Assembly: GCA_963712775.1 (NCBI GenBank)
Contig: CAVQJG010000005.1
Coordinates: 266,002-330,001, forward strand
Origin: Ilumatobacteraceae bacterium
GTDB lineage: Bacteria > Actinomycetota > Acidimicrobiia > Acidimicrobiales > Ilumatobacteraceae
Length of the DNA: 64,000 nucleotides
Reading direction: 5' to 3'
In this document: in pieces, positions 34,895 through 43,527 of the stretch
Layout: every line of letters begins with the position of its first letter
Numbering within the stretch: position 1 is the first letter of the stretch
Notes under the pieces: generated by a model
Databases searched by the model: none
What the model saw: the letters and a program-made list of their open reading frames with translations, nothing else
Told to the model about the DNA's origin: nothing
Position numbers and translations under genes: made by a program

Positions 34895-35844
34895 GTTGCT
34901 GCCACCTCTCGGGCGATCGGCGAGCGGTCGATCAGGCGGTCGACCTCGCTGCGGTTGGGAATGCCTGCTCGCGCTCCGGGTCGAGTGCACTTGAGGGCAG
35001 CGGCCGCCGACGCGAACGTGAACGCGCCACGCTCGTCGGCACCTTCGGCGAGCGCGAGCGCCGCGGCGCCGTGGAAGACGTCACCGGCCCCGGTGGTGTC
35101 GAGGGCGTCGACGGGAAACGCTCCGAGCGAACACACGTCGTCGCCGTCGAGCCACACCACGCCCCGGGCACCGAGCGTGACCGACACGTGGGCACCGGTG
35201 TCCCGCGCGATGCGACGGAGCCCATCGGACGGCGAGAGCGCCCCGGTGAGTTCGCGGAGCGCGTCCTCGCTGAACACCAGGTGCGACGCCAGCTCGAAGC
35301 AGGTGGCGATCACGGCTGCGTCGACGGCAGAACGGTCGACGTCGACCACGCCGGGAAGGTCGCGGCGACGGGCGAGCGACAGGGCGCCGGCCGTGCCGGC
35401 AGGCCAGCGCCCGTCGACGAGCACCGCGTCACAGGCGACGTCGTCGAGATCAGGACACGGTTGGGTGAGCAGTTCGGCCGGGCTGTGGTTGACGATCGTC
35501 CGGCTGCCGTCCGCCGACACGATCACGGACGAGAACGACGTGTGCACGTCGCGCGCCTGCTGGACCAGGCCGGTGTCGACGTGTTCGGCGCGCAGCCCGG
35601 CGAGCACGCTGTCGCCGGTCCCGTCGTCGCCGATGACGCTCGCGAGTGCGGCGGTGCCCCCCAGACGCGACACGGTGACCGCCGCGTTCGCCGCCAATCC
35701 GCCGCCGATGACGTCGTGGCGCTGCGCCGCGTGCTTGCGACCGACGATGAGGTCGTCGGCGATCGTCAGGACGTGGTCGAGCGTGGCCTGCCCGACGCAC
35801 AGCACCGATGCGGGGCCCGTCACGGCGCGACGACGGGAACCCAT
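34891..35844 (-). CDS. PfkB-family carbohydrate kinase (ribokinase-like)
   Basis: ATG 35844. VLCVGQATLDHV..GGGLAANAAV..VLVDGRWP..DTTGAGDVFHGAAALAL (PfkB signature 2 DTxGAGD). Confidence 0.85.
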   Translation of the reverse strand: MGSRRRAVTGPASVLCVGQATLDHVLTIADDLIVGRKHAAQRHDVIGGGLAANAAVTVSRLGGTAALASVIGDDGTGDSVLAGLRAEHVDTGLVQQARDVHTSFSSVIVSADGSRTIVNHSPAELLTQPCPDLDDVACDAVLVDGRWPAGTAGALSLARRRDLPGVVDVDRSAVDAAVIATCFELASHLVFSEDALRELTGALSPSDGLRRIARDTGAHVSVTLGARGVVWLDGDDVCSLGAFPVDALDTTGAGDVFHGAAALALAEGADERGAFTFASAAAALKCTRPGARAGIPNRSEVDRLIDRSPIAREVAAT

Positions 35845-35897
35845 GGCACCAGTGTCCGACCCGACTGGCGGCCGCGCCAGGGGCGAACGGCCTGCGA

Positions 35898-36659
35898 TCA
35901 GTGCGCGTCGGTGGGCGCTCGCTCTGCGGCGTCGAGGTCCTTGGGGCGGTGTGTACGAACCCGCACGGCTCGATGGTCCGGCACCGGCGTGACGGCCGCG
36001 CGGCCGAGTTGCCACATCCCGGACATCGCGAGACGCCCGAACATCTTGAGCACGACGAGCGCGAGCAGCGCCGCGAAGACCAGCGCGGCGGGCACGGCCA
36101 GGGTGGCGAGCAGGAGGCGCCGGTCGTCGGTCAGCAGGCTCAGGACGCCGGAATCGACGCTCGTGCCGTCGACGTTGAGCGTCCTCACCGGATCGTCGAT
36201 GGTCGGGCAGACCAGCGCGGTGTCGTCGACACCGACCACGTCGTTGCCGCCGAAGGTGGGCTCCGGCGGTCGAACCGCGGACGACAACGTGCCGTAGACG
36301 GGGTCGTAGCCGGCTCCGACCAGGTACTGCTCACCTTCGACGAGGAAGCGATAGTCGTCGCCGTAGCGGATGTCGATCAACCCGTCGACCGCCCACGGGC
36401 TCGCCGACCCGGCCCGGATCTGGTCGATCCGGAAGCGCACGACCTGGACGACGTCGTCCTTGCCGATCATCGTGCCGACGAAGGCGACGGCGGCCGGATC
36501 GGGGCGCGGGCAGCCGACCGGCACCGGGATCAACGGTTGGGTCTGTTGCCCATCGGAGGGGTCCGGGAGGGGTGCCGCACCGGCGAGGCCTGTCGGGGCT
36601 GCGAACGACACCGCGCACGTCAGGCCGATCAGGCCGATGCGGAGCAGTCGCCGGGTCAC
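35898..36659 (-). CDS. hypothetical secreted protein with C-terminal membrane anchor
   Basis: GTG 36659. Signal-peptide-like MTRRLLRIGLIGLTCAVSFAAPTGLAGA, two Cys, C-terminal TM LLLATLAVPAALVFAALLALVVL. No recognisable domain. Confidence 0.55.
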   Translation of the reverse strand: MTRRLLRIGLIGLTCAVSFAAPTGLAGAAPLPDPSDGQQTQPLIPVPVGCPRPDPAAVAFVGTMIGKDDVVQVVRFRIDQIRAGSASPWAVDGLIDIRYGDDYRFLVEGEQYLVGAGYDPVYGTLSSAVRPPEPTFGGNDVVGVDDTALVCPTIDDPVRTLNVDGTSVDSGVLSLLTDDRRLLLATLAVPAALVFAALLALVVLKMFGRLAMSGMWQLGRAAVTPVPDHRAVRVRTHRPKDLDAAERAPTDAH

Positions 36660-36682
36660 CGGGCCAGGCTAACGAGCCGGTC

Positions 36683-36706
36683 GTGCCGGCGAACGTCAGC
36701 CGGCAC
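36683..36706. terminator. hairpin GTGCCGGC-gaacgtca-GCCGGCAC downstream of the SulP gene
   Basis: Perfect 8-bp GC-rich stem 17 nt after the stop at 36723 (minus strand). Confidence 0.4.
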
Positions 36707-36722
36707 ACGGCGGTGGGGACCG

Positions 36723-38249
36723 TCAATGGCCAGGAGTGGCCCGTCCCCCGGTCTCCCGGAGCAGCCGCTCGCCGCGTGGGTCGACGCCGACGAGCTGGGC
36801 GTCGATGCCGCGCTGCGCGAACTTGTCGACGACCGTGTCGAGTGCGACCACGGCGGACGTGTCCCAGACGCGTGCGTTGCTCAGGTCGATCTCGACGCGA
36901 CGGGCGTCGACGGCGTCGTAGTCGAACGAGTGCACGAAGTCGTTGCTGGAGGCGAAGAACAACTCGCCACTCACGTCGTAGAGACGCTCGACGTGATCGG
37001 GATCGACCACGCTCGTGACATTGACGACGTGCGACACGTGCCGGACGAAGAACACCGCCGACAGCACCACGCCCGCACCGACGCCGTACGCGAGGTTGTG
37101 GGTCAGCACCGTGATGCCCACCGTTGCGAGCATCACGACGATCTCGGGGCGCGGCTCGACGCGCAGCGTGCTGGGGCGGATGCTCGCCCAGTTGAAGGTG
37201 CCGACCGACACCATGATCATCACCGCGACCAGTGCGCCCATCGGGATCTGGGCGACGAAGTCACCGAGCACCATCACGAGCACGAGGAGGAACACACCCG
37301 AGGCCAGCGTCGACAGGCGGGTGCGTCCGCCGGTGCGATGGTTGATCATCGACTGGCCGATCATCGCGCAGCCCGCCATCCCGCCGAGGAAGCCGGTCGC
37401 GACGTTTGCGATGCCCTGGCCGCGCGACTCGACGTTCTTGTCGGAGTCGGTGTCGGTCAGATCGTCGAGCAGCTGGGCGGTGAGCAGCGATTCGAGCAGG
37501 CCGACGAGGGCGAGCGTGATTGCGAACGGCAGCACGATCCGCAGGGTGTCGAAGCTGAAGGGGACATCGGGGAGCCCGGGGATCGGGAGCGAAGTCGGCA
37601 GGTCGCCCATGTCGCCGACGGTCGGCAGGCGGAGGTCGAACGCGATCGCAGCGACGGCGAGCAGCACGATCGCGACGAGCGGCGAGGGCACCGCCCTGGT
37701 CAGTCGGGGCAAGCCGTAGATGATCACGAGGCCGGCGGCGATGAACGCCAGGTTCATCCAGAACTGGCTCTGATCGGCGTCGTCGCCGCTGAGCAGGATG
37801 TGGGGCACCTGGGCCAGGAAGATGAGGATCGCGAGCGCATTGACGAACCCGATCATCACGGTGCGGGGAATGAACCGCATGAGGCTGCCGACGCCGAGGT
37901 ACCCGAACCCGATCTGGAAGATGCCCGCGAGCACGGTGGCCGCGAACAGGTACCCCACGCCGTATTCGTCGACGAGCGGCACGATCACGAGGGCCATCGC
38001 ACCGGTGGCTGCCGAGATCATGCCGGGCCGGCCGCCCGCGACCGAGATGATGATCGCGATCGAGAAGGAGGCGTACAGCCCGACCTTCGGGTCGACGCCG
38101 GCGATGATCGAGAACGAGATCGCCTCGGGAATCAGCGCCAGCGCGACGACGAGACCGGACAGCAGGTTGGTCTTCGGATCGGTCAGCCAGTCGCTTCGAC
38201 GGCCGGGCAGGCGGGCAGCGCGCGACAACGCAGCAAGTTGTGAACTCAT
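36723..38249 (-). CDS. SulP-family sulfate/anion permease with C-terminal STAS domain
   Basis: ATG 38249. LLSGLVVALALIPEAISFSIIAGVDPKVGLYASF..AATGAMALV..FIPRTVMIGFVNALAILIF. STAS tail (YDVSGELFFASSNDF..EIDLSNARVWDTSAVVALD). Confidence 0.9.
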   Translation of the reverse strand: MSSQLAALSRAARLPGRRSDWLTDPKTNLLSGLVVALALIPEAISFSIIAGVDPKVGLYASFSIAIIISVAGGRPGMISAATGAMALVIVPLVDEYGVGYLFAATVLAGIFQIGFGYLGVGSLMRFIPRTVMIGFVNALAILIFLAQVPHILLSGDDADQSQFWMNLAFIAAGLVIIYGLPRLTRAVPSPLVAIVLLAVAAIAFDLRLPTVGDMGDLPTSLPIPGLPDVPFSFDTLRIVLPFAITLALVGLLESLLTAQLLDDLTDTDSDKNVESRGQGIANVATGFLGGMAGCAMIGQSMINHRTGGRTRLSTLASGVFLLVLVMVLGDFVAQIPMGALVAVMIMVSVGTFNWASIRPSTLRVEPRPEIVVMLATVGITVLTHNLAYGVGAGVVLSAVFFVRHVSHVVNVTSVVDPDHVERLYDVSGELFFASSNDFVHSFDYDAVDARRVEIDLSNARVWDTSAVVALDTVVDKFAQRGIDAQLVGVDPRGERLLRETGGRATPGH

Positions 38250-38308
38250 GGCACCTCGGGAATCGGCGGTCAACGCCAACTGCAACTCAGGCGCTCGAAG
38301 CTCTCACG

Positions 38309-39610
38309 CTATCGCTGACCCGCCCGTTCCAGGTGTGTGAGGAACCAGTCCCGTGCCAGACCTGCCGCCGCGTCCAGCGTTCCGGGCTCCTCGAACAGAT
38401 GCGTCGCACCCGGTACGACGACCAGATCGCCGATGGTGCCCAACTGCTCGAGCGCTCGGCGGTTGAGTTCGAGCACCGCCCGGTCCTCGCCGCCGACGAT
38501 CAACAGCGTCGGGGCGGTCACCTTCCGCAGGTGCGGTCCCGCCAGGTCGGGTCGACCGCCACGCGAGACCACCGCGGCCACGGGTGAGTCCGGCTGCGCC
38601 GCTGCCGCCAACGCCGCCGCCGCTCCCGTGCTCGCACCGAAGCACCCCACCGGCAGCCCGATCAGGCCGGGCTCGGCGACCACGCTGCGGATCACGTCGT
38701 GCAACCGGTGCCCGAGCAGATCGATGTCGAAGACGTTGCTGCGATCGCGTTCCTCCTCCGACGTCAGGAGGTCGAACAACAGCGTCGCGAGTCCTGCCCG
38801 GACGAGGACCGACGCGACCCGCTGGTTGCGCGGGCTGTGCCGGCTGCTCCCGCTCCCGTGCGCGAACACGACGACTCCGCTGGCATCGCGAGGCACGGAG
38901 AGGTGGCCATCGAGGGTGACGGCGCCGAGTGGGATCCGGATGTCCTCGTCGCGGACGAGACGCGGCCGGGCTGCGTCGTCGAGCAACGCGACCACGGTGG
39001 CGTCGCTCGTCTGGGTGAAATCGCGGTAGAACTGGCCGACGCCGGAGAAGTCGTCCGGTGTCTCGACCGCCACGTACTCGTCGGCCGCATCGCCGAGCCG
39101 GTGGGTCCAGTCCGATGGGGCGACCGGAACGGCCAGCACCACCCGACGCGCTCCTTCCGCTCGGGCGACCTGGCACGCGGCGCGTGCCGTCGAGCCGGTG
39201 GCGACACCATCGTCGACGACGACGACCGTGCGCCCGACCAGCGACGTCCGCTGACGACCCCGTCGATACCGTTCGCCGCGACGCTCGAGCTCGGCCCGTT
39301 CGCGGGCCTCGACCGCCGCCAGGTCAGCGGCGCCGACACCGACCATCCGCACGATGTGGGCGTCGACGACTCGCACGTCGTCCTCGCCGATGGCGCCCAT
39401 GGCCAGTTCGGGTTGGAACGGCACGCCGAGCTTGCGGACCAGGATGACGTCGAGCGGCGCCTCCAGCGCTTCGGCGACGCACGCGGCAACGGGTACCCCA
39501 CCTCTCGGGAGCCCGACGACCACGGTGCTGGGGCCTCGGAGGTGACCGAGGATGCCCGCCAGTTGCTGTCCGGCATCGATGCGGTCCCGGAACACGGTGG
39601 AATGTGCCAT
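38309..39610 (-). CDS. fusion protein: type I phosphoribosyltransferase domain + dienelactone-hydrolase-like alpha/beta hydrolase domain
   Basis: N-terminal half FRDRIDAGQQLA..VVGLPRGGVPVA..VVVVDDGVATGSTARAA (PRPP loop). C-terminal half VVVFAHGSGSSRHSPRN..VGCFGASTGAAAAL (GxSxG)..TAPTLLIVGGED..GATHLFEEPG. Confidence 0.8.
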   Translation of the reverse strand: MAHSTVFRDRIDAGQQLAGILGHLRGPSTVVVGLPRGGVPVAACVAEALEAPLDVILVRKLGVPFQPELAMGAIGEDDVRVVDAHIVRMVGVGAADLAAVEARERAELERRGERYRRGRQRTSLVGRTVVVVDDGVATGSTARAACQVARAEGARRVVLAVPVAPSDWTHRLGDAADEYVAVETPDDFSGVGQFYRDFTQTSDATVVALLDDAARPRLVRDEDIRIPLGAVTLDGHLSVPRDASGVVVFAHGSGSSRHSPRNQRVASVLVRAGLATLLFDLLTSEEERDRSNVFDIDLLGHRLHDVIRSVVAEPGLIGLPVGCFGASTGAAAALAAAAQPDSPVAAVVSRGGRPDLAGPHLRKVTAPTLLIVGGEDRAVLELNRRALEQLGTIGDLVVVPGATHLFEEPGTLDAAAGLARDWFLTHLERAGQR

Positions 39611-39715
39611 GTTGCACCTCCTCGTCGAACGACAGGGGTCTCAGACTCCACTCGAGCACAATCCGCGGGAACCGACCAGGGACATCGGACCCGCCGGCAC
39701 CGACGCCGTCAGGGG

Positions 39716-40513
39716 CTACCGACCCTCGAAGACCGGGTCGCGCTTCTCCATGAACGCCTTGATCGCCTCGACGGTGTCGCGGGTGCCGAAGTTGACCGTC
39801 TGGGAGAGGCCCTCGTCGTCGAGCGCCTCCTCCATCGTGACCGCGAGGGAGTTGTTGAGCAGCCGCTTGGACATCGCCAGGGCGATCGGCGGCCCCGCGG
39901 CGAGGCGACCGGCCCAGTCGTCGACGAAGGCATCGAGTTCGCCATCGGGCAGCACCCGATTGACGAGGCCCATCTCGGCAGCACGTTCCGCGTCGATGAT
40001 GTCGGCCAGCAACGCCAACTCCTTCGCACGGTGCATGCCCACGAGTCGCGGGAGGAGCCAGGAACCACCGAAGTCGAGGCTCAGTCCACGCCTGGCGAAG
40101 ATCTCCGAGAAGCGGGCGTTCTCCGAGGCGACGATCAGGTCACACGCCAGCGCCATGTTCAGGCCCGCACCGACGGCGACGCCGCGGACCTTGGCGATCG
40201 TCGGCTGCGGGATGCGGTGCAGCGCCAGGCAGACGTCGGTGATGTGCCGCATCGCCGACAGTTGGTGCATCGGGACCTCGCCGGACCCGCCCTGCCAGAG
40301 GTCGGCACCGGAGCAGAAGTTCCCGCCGGCGCCGGTGAGGACGACGGCGCGATCGGTCGGGTTGCCCGCGATCGCGCGGAATTCGTCGAGGAGTTCGTTC
40401 CACATCGCCCCATCCGCAGCGTTCTTCTTCTCCGGCCGGCGCAGGGTGATCGTGACGACCCCGTCGGTGCGTTCGACGGTGATCGATTCGAGCTCGCGAG
40501 TGTCGGTGGCCAT
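39716..40513 (-). CDS. enoyl-CoA hydratase/isomerase (crotonase) family protein
   Basis: VVTITLRRPEKKNA..AVVLTGAGGNFCSGADL..PTIAKVRGVAVGAGLNMALACDL..LVGMHRAKELALL. Confidence 0.9.
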   Translation of the reverse strand: MATDTRELESITVERTDGVVTITLRRPEKKNAADGAMWNELLDEFRAIAGNPTDRAVVLTGAGGNFCSGADLWQGGSGEVPMHQLSAMRHITDVCLALHRIPQPTIAKVRGVAVGAGLNMALACDLIVASENARFSEIFARRGLSLDFGGSWLLPRLVGMHRAKELALLADIIDAERAAEMGLVNRVLPDGELDAFVDDWAGRLAAGPPIALAMSKRLLNNSLAVTMEEALDDEGLSQTVNFGTRDTVEAIKAFMEKRDPVFEGR

Positions 40514-40536
40514 GCCGGCCGACGATACTGACCGCC

Positions 40537-40647
40537 GTGGGATACAACCCGTACCGGAAGTTCAAGGCGAAGCCCGCCGACTACGTCCTCGTCGCGGCCG
40601 CCCTCGTGGTGTCGCTGGGCCTGTTGGTCTGGGCATTCGCCGGCTGA
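40537..40647 (+). CDS. possible 36-aa single-TM micro-protein (below the ORF-track cutoff)
   Basis: My translation from GTG 40537: VGYNPYRKFKAKPADYVLVAAALVVSLGLLVWAFAG*. Basic N-terminus plus one TM helix, G/C-rich third positions, and followed 2 nt later by a perfect hairpin. Confidence 0.4.
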   Translation: MGYNPYRKFKAKPADYVLVAAALVVSLGLLVWAFAG

Positions 40648-40649
40648 CC

Positions 40650-40680
40650 GTTACATCTGGGGTCTGACCCCAGATGTAAC
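40650..40680. terminator. perfect 31-nt palindrome with GGGGTCTGACCCC apex (family G copy b)
   Basis: GTTACATCTGGGGTC-T-GACCCCAGATGTAAC, 15-nt perfect arms. Confidence 0.6.
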
Positions 40681-40697
40681 AGTCGTCCGGCGGGTCA

Positions 40698-40724
40698 GAC
40701 AACTGGGGTCAGACCCCGGATGTC
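40698..40724. terminator. hairpin with GGGGTCAGACCCC apex (family G copy c)
   Basis: GACAACTGGGGTC-A-GACCCCGGATGTC. 13-nt arms with 2 mismatches. Lies 17 nt from the yraN stop (40741). Confidence 0.5.
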
Positions 40725-40740
40725 CCACTTGCTCTGCGGG

Positions 40741-41109
40741 TCAGAAGGCGGCGACGATGAGTTCGAGCCGACCGCCGGTGATCGCGACGACGTCGAACCG
40801 GATCGAATCGGCCCCCAACTCGTTGGCTCGGAGCCACTCGACGGCCAGTTGGCGGATGCGGCGCTGCTTCTCGAACGTGACCGCGGATGCTGCGGGTCCG
40901 AACCGGTCGGTGCGACGGGCCTTGACCTCGCTGAAGACGATCGTCGTGCCGTCGCGCACCACCAGATCGAGTTCTCCGGTCGGTGAACGCCAGTTGCGGT
41001 CGAGCACCTCGCAGCCGAGGCGCCGATAGTGCGCAGCAGCGAGTTCCTCGCCCCACCGACCACGGGCGCGGTTGGAGAGGTCGGGTGTGGGTGGGACACG
41101 TGGCGCCAT
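40741..41109 (-). CDS. yraN: YraN family (UPF0102) endonuclease-like protein
   Basis: ATG 41109. GRWGEELAAAHYRRLGCEVLDRNWRSPTGELDLVVRDGTTIVFSEVKARR..VTFEKQRRIRQLAVEWL..IRFDVVAI. Confidence 0.85.
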   Translation of the reverse strand: MAPRVPPTPDLSNRARGRWGEELAAAHYRRLGCEVLDRNWRSPTGELDLVVRDGTTIVFSEVKARRTDRFGPAASAVTFEKQRRIRQLAVEWLRANELGADSIRFDVVAITGGRLELIVAAF

Positions 41110-41188
41110 GGCAACCTCCGTCGGGACGATGGGAGGGGCCGGATGCCCGAGGGGGACGCTGATGACGCGTCCGATCAGAGCCGGCGGC

Positions 41189-41536
41189 TCAGAAGTCGCG
41201 CTTCTCGCGGATCTTCGCGGCCTTGCCCTTGCGATCGCGCAGGTAGTACAGCTTCGCCCGGCGGACGTCGCCACGCTTGACGACCTCGATCTTCTGCACG
41301 GTCGGGGTGTGCAGCGGGAACGTGCGCTCGACGCCGACGCCGTAGCTGAGCTTGCGGACCGTGTAGGTCTCCTGCAGCCCGCCACCCTGGCGTCCGATCA
41401 CGTCGCCCTGGAACACCTGGATGCGCTCCTTGCCGCCCTCGACGACGCGGACGTGCACCTTGAGCTCGTCACCCGCCTGGAAGTCGGGGATGTCGTCGCG
41501 GAGCGAGTCGTGGTCGATGAGGTCAGTGGCTTTCAT
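41189..41536 (-). CDS. rplS: 50S ribosomal protein L19
   Basis: [63 protein letters not shown]. Confidence 0.97.
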   Translation of the reverse strand: MKATDLIDHDSLRDDIPDFQAGDELKVHVRVVEGGKERIQVFQGDVIGRQGGGLQETYTVRKLSYGVGVERTFPLHTPTVQKIEVVKRGDVRRAKLYYLRDRKGKAAKIREKRDF

Positions 41537-41641
41537 GGCGTCTACCTGCGTTGTCGGGGCTGCGAGTCTGGATGCGAGCCGGATGGCCGATGCGAATTCT
41601 GTGCGCTGATCACGGACGCACGCTCGCGCCGATGGGGCCCG

Positions 41642-42388
41642 TCAATGATACGGGACGGCAGGGAACTCTTCCAACAGGCGCGCGTCATCTGTCGAAAGAC
41701 CGCCGAGACGCTCGATGAGGTCCGGCCGGTCACGAAGCGTGCGGTGCAGACGTTGGGCACGCCGCCACCGTTCGATCCGCGCGTGGTCGCCGCTGCGCAA
41801 CACCTCGGGCACCGACCAGCCGCGGAACTCCGCGGGCCGCGTGTACTGCGGCTCCTCCAGGAGGCCGGACTCGCCGAAACTCTCGGTCACCGGGCTGGCC
41901 GAATTCCCCATCGCCCCCTCGCGCAACCGGGTCACGGCCTCGATGACCAGGCACGCAGCCACCTCTCCCCCGCTGAGCACCACGTCACCGACACTGATCT
42001 CGCTGTCGACGAGATGCTCCCGCACCCGATGGTCGACGCCCTCGTACCGCCCGCACAGGAGGCTGAACCCGTCGACCGACGCGAGTTCGTCGGCCAGTGC
42101 CTGATCGAACCGGCGACCGCCGGGGCCGAGGAGGAACAACGGTCGGGGTGGGTCGACGGCCTCGACCGACTCGAAGATCGGCTGCGCTCGCATCACCATG
42201 CCGGCCCCGCCACCGAACGGCGCGTCGTCGACCGTGCGGTGGACGTCGGTCGTCTGCTCACGGATGTCGTGACACCGCAGATCGAGCAGGCCCAGTCCAC
42301 GGGCCCTGCCGAGCAGGCTCTCGGAGCAGAAGTCGTCGACCAGGGAGGGGAACAGCGAGAAGACGTCGATGCGCAGCGTGCCGGTCAT
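41642..42388 (-). CDS. trmD: tRNA (guanine37-N1)-methyltransferase TrmD
   Basis: ATG 42388 overlaps the rimM stop. [74 protein letters not shown]. Confidence 0.95.
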   Translation of the reverse strand: MTGTLRIDVFSLFPSLVDDFCSESLLGRARGLGLLDLRCHDIREQTTDVHRTVDDAPFGGGAGMVMRAQPIFESVEAVDPPRPLFLLGPGGRRFDQALADELASVDGFSLLCGRYEGVDHRVREHLVDSEISVGDVVLSGGEVAACLVIEAVTRLREGAMGNSASPVTESFGESGLLEEPQYTRPAEFRGWSVPEVLRSGDHARIERWRRAQRLHRTLRDRPDLIERLGGLSTDDARLLEEFPAVPYH

Positions 42389-42867
42389 GACGGGCCGAGA
42401 TCGAAGAGCCCCTCGGGCGTGTCGACGACGATGACACCGTCCGCGTTGGAGACCACGAAGTTCGACGGCACGAGCGCGCCGGAGTCGAGTTCCAGGAGGT
42501 CGGCGGCGGGATTGGCGATCACCGCCACACATTCACCGTGCTGGGTGCCGTCGATCTCGACCACACGTCGGCCGATCAGTTCGTGAACCCACAGCGCATC
42601 GGGGTCGTCGATCGGTCGGCCGTGCAGCAGCCGGTTCGCGTACGACTCCGCGGTCGTCCGGTCGCCGATCTGGGCGAACTTCACGACCCGGCGGCCGTTC
42701 GATGCGACGCGGGAGGACTCGACGACGAGCGTCTCGTCGCCGGCGATCAGTTCGGCACCAGGGGCGACACGCGCGTCCGAATCGGAGATCAGCTGGACGA
42801 AGACCTCGCCGCGCAGACCGTGAGCTCGCCGGATGTGACCGACTTCGAGCAGGCCGTCGGCGGACAA
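42385..42867 (-). CDS. rimM: ribosome maturation factor RimM
   Basis: [23 protein letters not shown].. (RimM N-domain) plus a PRC-barrel C-terminus ([31 protein letters not shown]). Confidence 0.9.
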   Translation of the reverse strand: MSADGLLEVGHIRRAHGLRGEVFVQLISDSDARVAPGAELIAGDETLVVESSRVASNGRRVVKFAQIGDRTTAESYANRLLHGRPIDDPDALWVHELIGRRVVEIDGTQHGECVAVIANPAADLLELDSGALVPSNFVVSNADGVIVVDTPEGLFDLGPS

Positions 42868-42873
42868 GTCGAC

Positions 42874-43161
42874 TCAGTCGTCGAGGAATTCGATGTCGAC
42901 CTCGACACCGTCTTTGCTCGCCGCCGCACGTGTCACCGTGCGGATGCTGGCGGCGGTGCGGCCGCGGCGGCCGATCACCCGACCGAGGTCGCCCTCGCCG
43001 CAGCGGACGTTCAGCGTCGTGCGTCGACCGGAGTCGTCGACCTCGACGGTGACGGCATCGGGATCGTCGACGATCGACTTCACGATGTGCGTGAGGACCG
43101 CAACGGCCGTCGGGACGGCTTCGTCGCCCTCGACGGTCGAGTCGGTGTCGACGTCGCTCAC
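42874..43161 (-). CDS. KH-domain RNA-binding protein (YlqC-like)
   Basis: GTG 43161 overlaps the rpsP stop (GTGA). [45 protein letters not shown] (GxxG KH motif). Confidence 0.85.
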   Translation of the reverse strand: MSDVDTDSTVEGDEAVPTAVAVLTHIVKSIVDDPDAVTVEVDDSGRRTTLNVRCGEGDLGRVIGRRGRTAASIRTVTRAAASKDGVEVDIEFLDD

Positions 43162-43430
43162 TTCGATGCCTTGGCGGCCTCGAACTGCTCGATGGCGCCC
43201 GAGATCTGCAGGAGCTTGGCGACGCGCTCGGTGGGCTGGGCGCCCTCGGAGAGCCACTTCACGGCCTTGTCGTTGTCGACGGTGAGCACCGACGGATCCT
43301 GGCGCGGGTCGTAGTGCCCGAGGATCTCGATGAACCGCCCGTCTCGGGGCGAGCGGGAGTCCGCAACCACGATGCGGTACTGCGGTTGCTTCTTCTTGCC
43401 GATGCGGGTGAGGCGCAGCTTGACTGCCAT
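43158..43430 (-). CDS. rpsP: 30S ribosomal protein S16
   Basis: [42 protein letters not shown]. Confidence 0.97.
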   Translation of the reverse strand: MAVKLRLTRIGKKKQPQYRIVVADSRSPRDGRFIEILGHYDPRQDPSVLTVDNDKAVKWLSEGAQPTERVAKLLQISGAIEQFEAAKASK

Positions 43431-43527
43431 CTGAAATCGATACTCCTGGGTGCAAATGAGAACGTCGCAAGGCTAGCGGCGCCGGGAAGGATCCCCTCGC
43501 CGGGGCGACGGGCGGGTCGAAGCGGGT

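Noticed and set aside
39640-39656. AGGGGTCTCAGACTCC, which looks like a degenerate GGGGTCAGACCCC apex.
   Set aside because: It has two extra or mismatched bases and no complementary flanks. That is too weak to count as a family member.
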